Source: Acidobacteriota bacterium
GTDB lineage: Bacteria > Acidobacteriota > Terriglobia > Terriglobales > SCQP01
Assembly: GCA_004299485.1 (NCBI GenBank)
Contig: SCQP01000007.1
Span: 142,623-206,622 of the forward strand
DNA: 64,000 nucleotides
Reading direction: 5' to 3'
Shown here piece after piece: positions 39,305-47,541 of this stretch. The notes beneath the pieces were generated by a model that searched no databases, was not told the DNA's origin, and saw only the letters and a program-made list of their open reading frames with translations. Positions within the stretch are counted from its first letter, which is position 1. Every line of letters begins with the position of its first letter. The translations under genes were made by a program, and so were the position numbers.

Positions 39305-39616
39305 ATGGCAAAGCACAGTGAGGACTGGAATATTGGGCTGGCGAAGGACCTGCACGACCCCGAATTCGCGCGGGAGTTTCTGCTGGCCGCGGTTGAACAG
39401 GGCGCGCCTCTGCAAATCGCCCTGGCCAAGGTAATTCGTGCCATCGGGGTCAAGCAGTTCGCCTCCCGCGTGCGCATGGCCGGACCTAACGTCCTGCGTG
39501 CGATCAATCCGCGTCACAACCCAACCCAGGCAACTCTCAATCGCCTTCTCCGGCCATTCAAGCTGCGGCTCGCCTTGGCCCCGCTCCAGCCCCGGAAGCG
39601 CAACCACGCCGCGTGA
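39305..39616 (+). CDS. HTH antitoxin, addiction-module antidote (HigA/COG3636-like)
   Basis: 103 aa. FAREFLLAAVEQGAPLQIALAKVIRAIGVKQFASRVRMAGPNVLRAINPRHNPTQATLNRLL. Sits 13 nt after the toxin relic. Confidence 0.65.
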   Translation: MAKHSEDWNIGLAKDLHDPEFAREFLLAAVEQGAPLQIALAKVIRAIGVKQFASRVRMAGPNVLRAINPRHNPTQATLNRLLRPFKLRLALAPLQPRKRNHAA

Positions 39617-39678
39617 GCAAGCCGCGCCGGCGCAGCTCTGATCTCATGCCCCACGCGCTGCAAGTAAAATGAAACCGT

Positions 39679-39756
39679 GCGCCTGTAGCTCAGAAGGAAC
39701 AGAGCAGCGGTTTCCTAAACCGCGTGTCGGGGGTTCGATTCCCTCCAGGCGCACCA
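39679..39756 (+). tRNA. tRNA-Arg (anticodon CCT), CCA encoded
   Basis: Hand-folded cloverleaf: acceptor GCGCCTG/CAGGCGC, D-arm GCTC-AGAAGGAACA-GAGC, anticodon stem GCGGT/ACCGC with loop TTCCTAA, variable GTGTC, T-arm GGGGG-TTCGATT-CCCTC, discriminator A, CCA. Confidence 0.9.
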
Positions 39757-39766
39757 ACTCGCGGCG

Positions 39767-39988
39767 ATGAAGGCCCGGATCACGGTTACGGTGAATGCAG
39801 CGCTGCTCGCGCGCGCCCGCGCGGCCTCGCGACGGCGTGGACAGAGTTTGTCACAGGCGCTGGCGCCGGCTCTGCGCGAGCTGGCCGAAGAGCGCGAGCC
39901 GTCGTTCGCGGAGCGCTGGCGCGGGAAGTTCCGGCCGGGGCGGCGGCGGAGCGCGCGCTATCGGCGCCTGGCGCAGAAGTATCTGTAA
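39767..39988 (+). CDS. Orphan ribbon-helix-helix-type antitoxin-like protein
   Basis: 73 aa. MKARITVTVNAALLARARAASRRRGQSLSQALAPALRELA. Starts 11 nt after the tRNA. No toxin gene follows. Confidence 0.5.
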   Translation: MKARITVTVNAALLARARAASRRRGQSLSQALAPALRELAEEREPSFAERWRGKFRPGRRRSARYRRLAQKYL

Positions 39989-40057
39989 GGCACCCACGGG
40001 CGCGAAGTTGTCCTGCGCGCCGAAAGGCGCATCTTAACGCCGAGGAGGCAAGCGGCC

Positions 40058-40621
40058 ATGAGCGTTACCACAGCGCGGGCACTTTTGATGGACGAGCTGA
40101 AGAACATCTATTCGGCGGAAAAGCAGGCGGTGCGCGCCTATCCGCGGCTGACCAAGGCGGCCGATTCCGGCGAGCTGCGCGAGGCCATGCAGGAGCACCT
40201 GGAGCAGACGCAAGCGCAAGTCGAGCGGCTGGAGCGCGTCTTTGAACGGCTGGACGCGCGCGCGAGCGGCAAGACCTGCGAAGGCATGCGGGGGCTGCTG
40301 GAGGAGGCAGCCACGCAGGCGCAGCAGATCGACGGCGGCCCGGTGCGGGATGCGGCGCTGATCGGCGCCCTGCAGCGCATCGAGCACTATGAAATCGCCG
40401 CGTATGGAACGGCAGCCACAATGGCCTCGCTGATGGGCGAGCCGGAGATCAAGGATCTGCTGGGCCAGTCGCTGCAGGAGGAGAAAGACGCCGACGAGAA
40501 GCTGACCCAGGTCGCCGAGAGCGTCAATCGCGATGCGCTCGCCGCCGGCGAGGGCATGGAAGAAGAAGCCGAAGAAGAAGAACAGCCCGCGAGCCGCAGC
40601 CGCCGCCGCAAGGCGGCATAA
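40058..40621 (+). CDS. Ferritin-like DUF892 (YciE/YciF) family protein
   Basis: 187 aa. LLMDELKNIYSAEKQAVRAYPRLTKAA...EHLEQTQAQVERLERVF...IEHYEIAAYGTA. Confidence 0.85.
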   Translation: MSVTTARALLMDELKNIYSAEKQAVRAYPRLTKAADSGELREAMQEHLEQTQAQVERLERVFERLDARASGKTCEGMRGLLEEAATQAQQIDGGPVRDAALIGALQRIEHYEIAAYGTAATMASLMGEPEIKDLLGQSLQEEKDADEKLTQVAESVNRDALAAGEGMEEEAEEEEQPASRSRRRKAA

Positions 40622-40778
40622 AGCGGTTTTAGCATCGCTGTAGCCCGTGCCAACCATACCGCATGCGGCTTTAACAACAGGAAAAGCCGCACGCACTCCA
40701 CCGGAGCGGAGTACACCAACGCTAAAACTGCTTTTAGCCCGCGGCAGAACGCGCTCCGGCGCGGTATCTGAGTCAAGC

Positions 40779-41957
40779 ATGCGGCGGCGTACCGCGTGGA
40801 TTATCGCGGGAGCGATTGCGGCGGCAGTGGTCGTGGTGCTGGGCCTGCCGGCATGGCTGGCGAACGGAACGGTGCGGCCACAAGTGGAAACGAAGCTGAG
40901 CGCGGCGCTGGGGCGGCCGGTGCGGATCCAGCATCTCTCGCTTTCGATGCTCCAGGGCCAGGTCAAGATCACCGGCCTGACCATTCCTGACGCGCCCGGC
41001 TTCGGTCGTGAACCGCTTGCCGTGGTGCCCGCCGCTGTGGTTCACCTGAACTGGTGGGCGCTGCTCACCGGCAGCATCGAGGCATCGTCGGTCCGGCTGC
41101 AGCAGCCCCGCCTCCGCCTGGTGCGGCAGGGAAACGGCCGATGGAATGTGGCCACGCTCCGGCGGACGACGCCGCAGCCGCGGCCCGTCGCGCAGCAGCC
41201 GACAAAGCTGCACATCGGCTCGTTCGAGATCCGCGACGCCGCGATCACTCTCACCCAGCCGGGCGCTGGGGAAACCCGCGCCGTAATGACCGCCACGGCG
41301 CGGGACGTAAATCAAAAGCGGGCCTTCCCGGTGCAGCTTGCCGCAGAGGTGGACGGCGGCGAGATCTCCGGTTCCGGCAGCATCGGCCCGCTCGACCAGA
41401 ACCTGGCCGCCGCTCCGCTGCAACTGGTGATCTCCGCCAGGCGGCTCTCGGCCGCCGAGCTCGCGCGCACCATCGCCATTCTCGGCTATCGCCCCACCGG
41501 CTTCACCATCGCGAGTGGCAGCGTGCAAGTGGACGCGAAGCTGAACGGCTCACTGGCGCATCTCAAAGTCACGGCGCAGGCGCGCGCCGGCCGCGTCCGG
41601 GTGCAACAGGTGATGCTCGGCGGGCGCGAACTCGCGCAGTTCGGCATGACGGGCGGCACGGGCACCATCGAGGTCACCCGCCTCGATGCCGCGCTCGGTT
41701 ACGCCGGCTCCGCTTTCGACCTGAGCCGCCTGCGCGCGGGCACCAACTTCGGCGACCTGGCCGCGCACGGACACATCGCCCCGTCGGGGCGGCTGCGGTT
41801 CCTGCTCGACATTCACGTCGCGGCAGCGCCCCACAAAAGCGGCCTGAGCGGCCTGGTGGGAGCGCTGGTCCGGCTGTTTCAGAAAGCCAAGGATCCGGAG
41901 CTCCGGCTGGAAATTTATGGCAGTACGCACCGGGCGCTGGTGCGCCAGCTCAAGTAG
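40779..41957 (+). CDS. AsmA-family protein
   Basis: Internal ATG 40779 (MRRRTAWIIAGAIAAAVVVVLGLPAWL TM anchor), then a beta-rich AsmA-like N-terminal region. Confidence 0.7.
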   Translation: MRRRTAWIIAGAIAAAVVVVLGLPAWLANGTVRPQVETKLSAALGRPVRIQHLSLSMLQGQVKITGLTIPDAPGFGREPLAVVPAAVVHLNWWALLTGSIEASSVRLQQPRLRLVRQGNGRWNVATLRRTTPQPRPVAQQPTKLHIGSFEIRDAAITLTQPGAGETRAVMTATARDVNQKRAFPVQLAAEVDGGEISGSGSIGPLDQNLAAAPLQLVISARRLSAAELARTIAILGYRPTGFTIASGSVQVDAKLNGSLAHLKVTAQARAGRVRVQQVMLGGRELAQFGMTGGTGTIEVTRLDAALGYAGSAFDLSRLRAGTNFGDLAAHGHIAPSGRLRFLLDIHVAAAPHKSGLSGLVGALVRLFQKAKDPELRLEIYGSTHRALVRQLK

Positions 41958-41983
41958 CGGCTGCGCGGGGTGGCGCAAACTGA

Positions 41984-42819
41984 CCCACCACCCGCCATGT
42001 GCAGTTTGAGCGGTGCGCGGTCACCCGCATCGACCTGCACGCGCGCCGCGTCCGTACGGAGGACGGCCGCGAGCGGACCTATGATACCGTGATGCTGGCC
42101 ACCGGAATCAGGACCGATCCGGCGCGCGTGCCCGGCCTCGCCGCAGCCAACGCGGAATTCGGCGACTATCACTCGACCGTGCCGCAGGCGATGAAGATCT
42201 GGCAGCACCTCAAGCATTTTCGGGGCGGCACCATCGTCATCGGGCAGGCCGGGCCGATCTGCAAGTGTCCGCCTTCGCCGCTGGTGGGCATCTTCCTGAC
42301 CGAGGAGCTGCTGCGCCGGCGCGGCCTGCGGCACAAAGCCCGGCTGGTGTATTTCACGCCCTATCCGCGCGCCTACCCGGCAGAGCCGATGAACGAAATT
42401 GTCGAGCCTATCTTGCGTGAACGCGGCATCGAGGTGTGCACGTTCTTCGATCTGGAGCAGGTCGACCCTGCAAACCGCACGCTGCACTCGCTCGAGGCGC
42501 AGCGCGCACCTGCAGGCCAGGGTGATTGCGCAAGGAGCTGGCGGGCAAGGCCGCGCAATTCGATGGGCGGACGAACTGCCCGCTCGACATGGGCTACGGC
42601 AAGGGTACGTTCATCATCAGCTCCTACACCGCGCCGGTGGTGAAGTATCGCTCCAGCCGGATGAATCACTTCATGAAGGCGATGATGGCGCGCATCTACT
42701 GGATGAGTCTGCGCGGCTGGCTTGACCCTCTGTTCGATCTCTACTTCTGGTCCACCACGCCCCCAACACCCGCTGCCGAAAAACCCGCCGAGCCCCCGCA
42801 CGACCGCCTGGCCGCGTAA
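41984..42819 (+). pseudogene. Decayed sulfide:quinone-oxidoreductase-like FAD/NAD(P) oxidoreductase
   Basis: Two ORFs in different frames (41999..42643 and 42526..42819) carry YDTVMLATG...GGTIVIGQAGPICKCPPSPL and ...CPLDMGYGKG...HFMKAMMARIYW. The N-terminal Rossmann ~70 aa is absent (in-frame stop at 41981). There is a frame change and an apparent internal deletion near 42500-42530. Confidence 0.7.
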
Positions 42820-42929
42820 CAGCAGAGTCTGCACTGTCCCCAAGGACAGGTGGTGACTGTACTTCTACGTGTTCAAAAAAGACCTGCCAGTCAGTGTTTT
42901 CCCGGTGCGGAAACGCCGATGATGACGGC

Positions 42930-44648
42930 ATGCAAAAATTTTGTCTTCCCGGGGTGCTGCTGGCCGCTGCCCTGGCCATGGCGTGCGCAGGCGCAGCGCC
43001 AGCGCCCGCCGCGGCGGTGGCCAGTGCGCCGCAACGGCCCAAGCCAACGCCCGCGCCAGGACCGCCGCCACCAGTCCTGGACACATATGGGGGCCTGAGC
43101 AGCGTCACGGCAGGCACAGCTACGGGCTTTTTCCGCGTGCAGAAAGTGGGCGAGCGCTGGGTCTTCGTAGATCCGCTCGGCCACCCCTTCTGGATGCTGG
43201 GCGTGTTCGCTGTGGATACGAACACCGACACCGCCGCCGGAACCATCTACACCATCGGCAAGTACGGCAGCCGCGCCACCTGGGGCGAGCAGGCGGTGCG
43301 CCGGCTGCGCACCTGGGGTTTCAACTCGACCGCGGAATATTCCTCGGCGTATGTGGTTCCGGTAAACAATGACGGCAGTTACGAAACCACGGATCCGATG
43401 CCCTGGGTCGCCATCATGCGGCCCTCCTACTACAGCCTGCGCGACAGCGGTGGCTATGCGCCGCAGCCGGTCAAGGATCTGGTCGCCGGTCTCGATAGCG
43501 TGTATAGAAACTATCGCGGCGATACGCTGCCCGATGTTTTTGACCCCGATTTTGCGATGTATGCCAACGCTTCGCTGGCCGCGCAGACCAGTGCCGCAGA
43601 AGCGGCCTCGAGCTGGCTGATCGGCACGGCGGTGGACGATCTCGATGACCTCTGGGGCTTCGGCCCCAGCCCGGACTTGCCGGCCGCGCGCACCTCCTCA
43701 AACATCGGCTGGATCGCGCTTTGCACCAATTTCCAGCAGACCGCCAACGCGCAACTGGGCGAGATCTATACCGATCCGGAGGTCTACACCAAATACGCGC
43801 TGGCCAACTGGCTGCAGGCCAAATATGGCAGCATTGCGGCGCTCGATGCCGCCTGGGGCGCCAACTACACCAGCTTCGGCGACGCCGGCGGCTTCGGTAC
43901 CGGAACTGGCCTGCTCGATGAGGACGGGCGCGACCCCTGGGTGGGAGCGGACGACGTGGCGTTGCGCGGCGCGAGCGCGGCCGTGCGCGCCGACCTGAAT
44001 GCCTTTCTCGCGGTGTACGCACAGAAGTATTTTTCAATTGTGAGCGCGGCGCTGCGCAAGTACCGGCCCAATCAGTTGATCTTCGGCCCCTGCACGCTGA
44101 ATAGCTGGAACGGCATCAGCCGTGCGGCGATTCTGGCGGCGGCGGGGCAGTACACCGATGTAATTCAGGCCAGCATGGCGACCCAGCAGGTGTTTGACCT
44201 GAGCCTGCAGGAGGCAGGCGACCGCCCCTTCGTGACCTGGACGGGCATGCCGGCGAACCCCGATTCGGACCTGTCGGCCTATCCCAATCCCAACGAGCCG
44301 GATGTGTACAGCACCCAGGCCGCGCGCGCCACGGCCTATACGGCCGCGATTAAAGCCGATTTCGCCTACACCGGCTCAACCGCGGCGGGCAATCTGGCTG
44401 GCAGCCAGAATGTCGCCGGCAGCAAATTCTGGGCGTGGACGGATTCCTGGGGCGAGCGCACGAATTGGGGCCTGGTGACATTTCTGGATAATCCTTACGA
44501 TGGCGTGGCGGATGGAATTGCGGCGGGTACCGACGCCTGGGGCTACGCGACTGGCGGCGAAGCCGCGAATTACGGCAACTTCATCGGACCAGCGCAGCAG
44601 GCCAACGCTGCCGTGATCGCCTCATTCGCGGCCGCGCTCGGGCACTGA
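42930..44648 (+). CDS. Putative glycoside-hydrolase-like lipoprotein (TIM-barrel, GH5/GH42-like)
   Basis: Start at ATG 42930 (MQKFCLPGVLLAAALAMAC lipobox). P-rich linker, FWMLGV...RLRTWGFNSTAEYSS. Family assignment is tentative. Confidence 0.55.
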   Translation: MQKFCLPGVLLAAALAMACAGAAPAPAAAVASAPQRPKPTPAPGPPPPVLDTYGGLSSVTAGTATGFFRVQKVGERWVFVDPLGHPFWMLGVFAVDTNTDTAAGTIYTIGKYGSRATWGEQAVRRLRTWGFNSTAEYSSAYVVPVNNDGSYETTDPMPWVAIMRPSYYSLRDSGGYAPQPVKDLVAGLDSVYRNYRGDTLPDVFDPDFAMYANASLAAQTSAAEAASSWLIGTAVDDLDDLWGFGPSPDLPAARTSSNIGWIALCTNFQQTANAQLGEIYTDPEVYTKYALANWLQAKYGSIAALDAAWGANYTSFGDAGGFGTGTGLLDEDGRDPWVGADDVALRGASAAVRADLNAFLAVYAQKYFSIVSAALRKYRPNQLIFGPCTLNSWNGISRAAILAAAGQYTDVIQASMATQQVFDLSLQEAGDRPFVTWTGMPANPDSDLSAYPNPNEPDVYSTQAARATAYTAAIKADFAYTGSTAAGNLAGSQNVAGSKFWAWTDSWGERTNWGLVTFLDNPYDGVADGIAAGTDAWGYATGGEAANYGNFIGPAQQANAAVIASFAAALGH

Positions 44649-45260
44649 CGCCTGGAGCACGCGCAGCATCAGTTCATGGCGGCTGGGCACACGGTAGCGG
44701 TGCAGCAGATGGGAGACGTGGAATTTGACCGTGCGTTCGGAAATCCCCAGGCCGGCCGCGATCTCCTTATTGCTGCGGCGCGACAGGATGCCGTCGAGCA
44801 CCTGCCGTTCGCGCGCGCTCAGGCCGGCCATCGCCGGCGCGAGCCGCGCGCCGGGAAGCTGAGTCAGCAACTCGTCGATGAACCCGGCGAGCAACAAGCG
44901 CGGCGCCCAGTAGGCGCCGGCGGCGACGGCGCGCAAAGCCCGCGCCAGATCGCGGCCGAGCACGTCATAGCTGACGAGGCCGCGCACCCCTTCCCGTAAC
45001 AAGGTGAACGCCCGATTCCGGTCGAAGGCCTCGGCGACGGCCACAACCCGAGGCTGCACGGGGAGCCGTACCAGCACGCGCTCCAGCAACTCAGGGTTAT
45101 GGGCATCAATCGCCCATGCAGCCGAGGGCAGCAGCTTCAGCCGCTCGACCTGGCCGGCATCCGGCAACAGGAACGCATGCACCACAAACTCCCGCTGCGG
45201 GAGCTGCAGGCGCATGCGTTCCAGCATGACGGGATGGGCGGCAACGAGGGAAACTTCCAT
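44622..45260 (-). CDS. LuxR/FixJ-type HTH regulator with an atypical receiver-like N-domain
   Basis: Start at internal ATG 45260 (MEVSLVAAHPVML...). C-terminal LSARERQVLDGILSRRSNKEIAAGLGISERTVKFHVSHLL. The track ORF's extra 80 codons are repeat copy C read antisense. Confidence 0.8.
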   Translation of the reverse strand: MEVSLVAAHPVMLERMRLQLPQREFVVHAFLLPDAGQVERLKLLPSAAWAIDAHNPELLERVLVRLPVQPRVVAVAEAFDRNRAFTLLREGVRGLVSYDVLGRDLARALRAVAAGAYWAPRLLLAGFIDELLTQLPGARLAPAMAGLSARERQVLDGILSRRSNKEIAAGLGISERTVKFHVSHLLHRYRVPSRHELMLRVLQASVPERGRE

Positions 45261-45348
45261 GCGGCGAACGGACAATCCGCTGCACGCCGCGTTCCAAAGC
45301 GGAAGGACGGCGGAATAGTGCAAAAGCTTGCAGCAAAACGACACTGCT

Positions 45349-45500
45349 CGCGGCAACTTGGAGACGCCATGAGCACCTGCGGGCGTCCGTTGCCGGGGAG
45401 TGAAGCCCAGCCACAGCCCGACCAGCGCCGGGGCCCCCAAGCCGCACGCGGCTTGGGGTGGCAGCGGGAGGGCGGCTCCAGCAAGAGGTGGCTGTGCCAC
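45349..45500 (+). repeat. Dispersed structured repeat, subfamily I, copy C (152 nt)
   Basis: 150/152 identical to 46986-47137. Hairpins GGCAAC..GACGCC-N13-GGCGTC.GTTGCC, CCCCAAGCCGC-ac-GCGGCTTGGGG and terminal GTGGC-tgt-GCCAC. Confidence 0.9.
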
Positions 45501-45505
45501 ACGCC

Positions 45506-46825
45506 TCAGGCGGCACGGAGATGTGAGCTGAGGTGGTCGGTAAACCAGGTGGCGGCGAGGCGGGCGACTTCGTCGAGGGCGCCGGATTCTTCGAACAGGT
45601 GCGAGGCGCTGGGAACGATGACCAGCTTCTTGACGGGCGCGGCGCAGCGGGCAAGCGCGTCCTGATTGAGAGCGATGCCCTCGGTGTCGCGGCCGCCGAC
45701 GATGAACAGCGTAGCAGCACGGACCGAGCCCAGCGCCGGACCGGCCAGATCGGGGCGTCCGCCGCGCGAGACGATGGTGGTGACGCGGGGCTCACCGGCG
45801 GCCGCCATCAGCGCGGCCGCGGCACCGGTGCTGGCGCCGAAGTAGCCAAAGTCGAGCTGCTCGAGTTCGGCCTGCTGCGCCGCCCATCGTGTGGCGTGGC
45901 GGAGCCTACCGGCGAGCAGCGGTATATCAAAGCGGAAGCCCGCGGTCGCATGGTCGAGCACTTCTTCTTCGGGCGAGAGCAGGTCAAACAATAGCGTGCC
46001 CAGCCCGGCTCCGTGCAGCCGCTCCGCCACGCGGCGGTTGCGCGGACTGTGGCGGCTGCTGCCGCTGCCGTGCGCGAACAGCACCAGGCCCCGTGCGCCC
46101 GCGGGCAGCCCCAGCGTGCCCTCCAGATCGACGCCTCCAGTGCGAATCGTGACTGCCCGCGCCCGCGCCGCATTTTGCGCGTAAGCGGCATCGGCTTCGG
46201 CCAGCGCCTGCACCACCGCCTCATCGGTAATCTGGCGGAAATCCTGATAGACCTGCCCAACCGCATAGTAATCGTATGGCGCCGAAAGGCAAACCATGTC
46301 ATCGGCAGCAAAGCGCGCCGCGTCGCAGGCGTCGGGTGGCGCGACCGGCACCGCGATCACAAGCTGCCGCGGGTTGCGCGGCCGCAACACGCGAATGGCG
46401 GCGCGCATGTCGGCCCCCGTGGCGATACCGTCATCCACCACAATCACGGGCTTGCCGGCAATGTCGCGCGCTGGACGGCCCTGCCGGTACAACTGCTCGC
46501 GCCGTTTCACTTCCGCACGTGCCATCTCGATGACTCGCTGCACGGCAGCATCGGAGAGACCGAGCTTCTGCATGATTTCGCTGTCGAGCACAGGTGAGCC
46601 TGCGGCCGCAATGGCTCCAAAGGCCAGCTCCTCATGGCCGGGCACACCCAGTTTGCGCAGAATCACCACGTCGAGCGGCCAACCCAGCACCTTCGCTACC
46701 TCGCCGGCCACAATCACGCCACCACGCGGAATGGCAAACACCACGCCTTCCGGCCCCTGGGCAAAACGGGCCAACCGGCGCGCAAGCTGCTGGCCGGCAT
46801 CCTGGCGATCGCGGAACACAGACAC
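45506..46825 (-). CDS. Phosphoribosyltransferase domain fused to a dienelactone-hydrolase/alpha-beta-hydrolase domain
   Basis: 439 aa. FRDRQDAGQQLA...VIVVDDGIATGADM PRT motif, then LFAHGSGSSRHSPRN...GASTGAAAAL...SHLFEE hydrolase triad context. Confidence 0.8.
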   Translation of the reverse strand: MSVFRDRQDAGQQLARRLARFAQGPEGVVFAIPRGGVIVAGEVAKVLGWPLDVVILRKLGVPGHEELAFGAIAAAGSPVLDSEIMQKLGLSDAAVQRVIEMARAEVKRREQLYRQGRPARDIAGKPVIVVDDGIATGADMRAAIRVLRPRNPRQLVIAVPVAPPDACDAARFAADDMVCLSAPYDYYAVGQVYQDFRQITDEAVVQALAEADAAYAQNAARARAVTIRTGGVDLEGTLGLPAGARGLVLFAHGSGSSRHSPRNRRVAERLHGAGLGTLLFDLLSPEEEVLDHATAGFRFDIPLLAGRLRHATRWAAQQAELEQLDFGYFGASTGAAAALMAAAGEPRVTTIVSRGGRPDLAGPALGSVRAATLFIVGGRDTEGIALNQDALARCAAPVKKLVIVPSASHLFEESGALDEVARLAATWFTDHLSSHLRAA

Positions 46826-46885
46826 CCCCCTCCAACTTTAGATGCTCCCTTGCGGCCGGACTGCGGCAGCGAAGCGGAGAGTGCC

Positions 46886-47263
46886 TTACTTGGCGCCGGG
46901 CGGAGTGCGGAAGGCCACGTTGACCCAGTTCCAGGTGTTGATGGCAACGATGGCCATGGTGAGCGCGATGAGTTCCTGCTCGTTACGCGGCAACTTGGAG
47001 ACGCCATGAGCACCTGCGGGCGTCCGTTGCCGGGGAGTGAAGCCCAGCCACAGCCCGACCAGCGCCGGGGCCCCCAAGCCGCAGGCGGCTTGGGGTGGCA
47101 GTGGGAGGGCGGCTCCAGCAAGAGGTGGCTGTGCCACGAACTCGCGCCGGGCCTCTTCGTACACGGCCTCGGGAACGTGGTCGACGGCGACCAGCGTCAG
47201 CGCCTCGGTCCAGGTGAGAGCGGCGTGCTCGCGCGGCGGGCATCGGGTGAAGCAGCGCGGTAA
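46886..47263 (-). pseudogene. Relic of a carboxymuconolactone decarboxylase (AhpD-like) family gene: C-terminal half only, interrupted by repeat copy D
   Basis: Minus strand reads ...REHAALTWTEALTLVAVDHVPEAVYEEARREF-[51 aa from the repeat]-NEQELIALTMAIVAINTWNWVNVAFRTPPGAK*. In-frame TGA at 47266-47264. The CxxC-containing N-terminal half is absent. Confidence 0.65.
46986..47137 (+). repeat. Dispersed structured repeat, subfamily I, copy D (152 nt, inside the CMD relic)
   Basis: Differs from copy C only at two positions (GCACGC vs GCAGGC hairpin apex; GGCAGCGGG vs GGCAGTGGG). Confidence 0.9.
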
Positions 47264-47291
47264 TCAATGCGAACGGGCACAGCCAGCTCCC

Positions 47292-47537
47292 TCAGGCGTC
47301 GAAGTCGGTGCCGCAGGCGCCACCGCCACAACAGCCGCCCTCGTCACCGCCGCCGCAACATCCGTCTGCAAACGCGGGCTCGCTGGCGCGACCGCTGGTC
47401 GAGACGGCGACCCGCGAATACCAGACGCGTTCGACTTTTTGCGAGCCGCAGCCGCAGGTCGGCGTCTGCTCGCCGCCCCAGCTCAGACGTTCGAATTGCT
47501 GGCCGCACTGCTGGCAACGATATTCAAAGATCGGCAT
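47292..47537 (-). CDS. FmdB-family zinc-ribbon protein (CxxC-CxxC)
   Basis: 81 aa. MPIFEYRCQQCGQQFE...CGCGSQKVERV, Cys/Gly-rich tail. Confidence 0.85.
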   Translation of the reverse strand: MPIFEYRCQQCGQQFERLSWGGEQTPTCGCGSQKVERVWYSRVAVSTSGRASEPAFADGCCGGGDEGGCCGGGACGTDFDA

Positions 47538-47541
47538 ACGC

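Noticed and set aside
39679-42900. Genomic island integrated at the tRNA-Arg 3' end
   Set aside because: No integrase, no recognisable direct repeat of the tRNA 3' end downstream, and the downstream genes (DUF892, AsmA-like) look chromosomal. Only the TA remnants immediately around the tRNA are reported.
45261-45500. N-terminal 80-codon extension of the LuxR-type regulator ORF (track start 45500)
   Set aside because: The extension is repeat copy C read antisense, and the same peptide (GAALPLPPQAACGLGAPALVGLWLGF...) recurs in the CMD relic. The regulator's homology begins at the internal ATG 45260. Similar repeat-derived or upstream extensions were trimmed for 3069..3866, 33707..36229, 23172..24740 and 40647..41957.
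45349-47137. Integron-like gene cassette (ORF flanked by two attC-like repeats)
   Set aside because: Copy D interrupts a CMD coding sequence rather than marking a cassette boundary. The repeats lack the RYYYAAC / GTTRRRY core pair at their ends. No intI integrase or attI is present.
47292-47537. Cys/Gly-rich tail (CCGGGDEGGCCGGGACG) as a possible RiPP precursor
   Set aside because: The N-terminal CxxC...CxxC zinc ribbon and the short G/C-rich tail are characteristic of FmdB-family proteins. No maturation enzymes are nearby.
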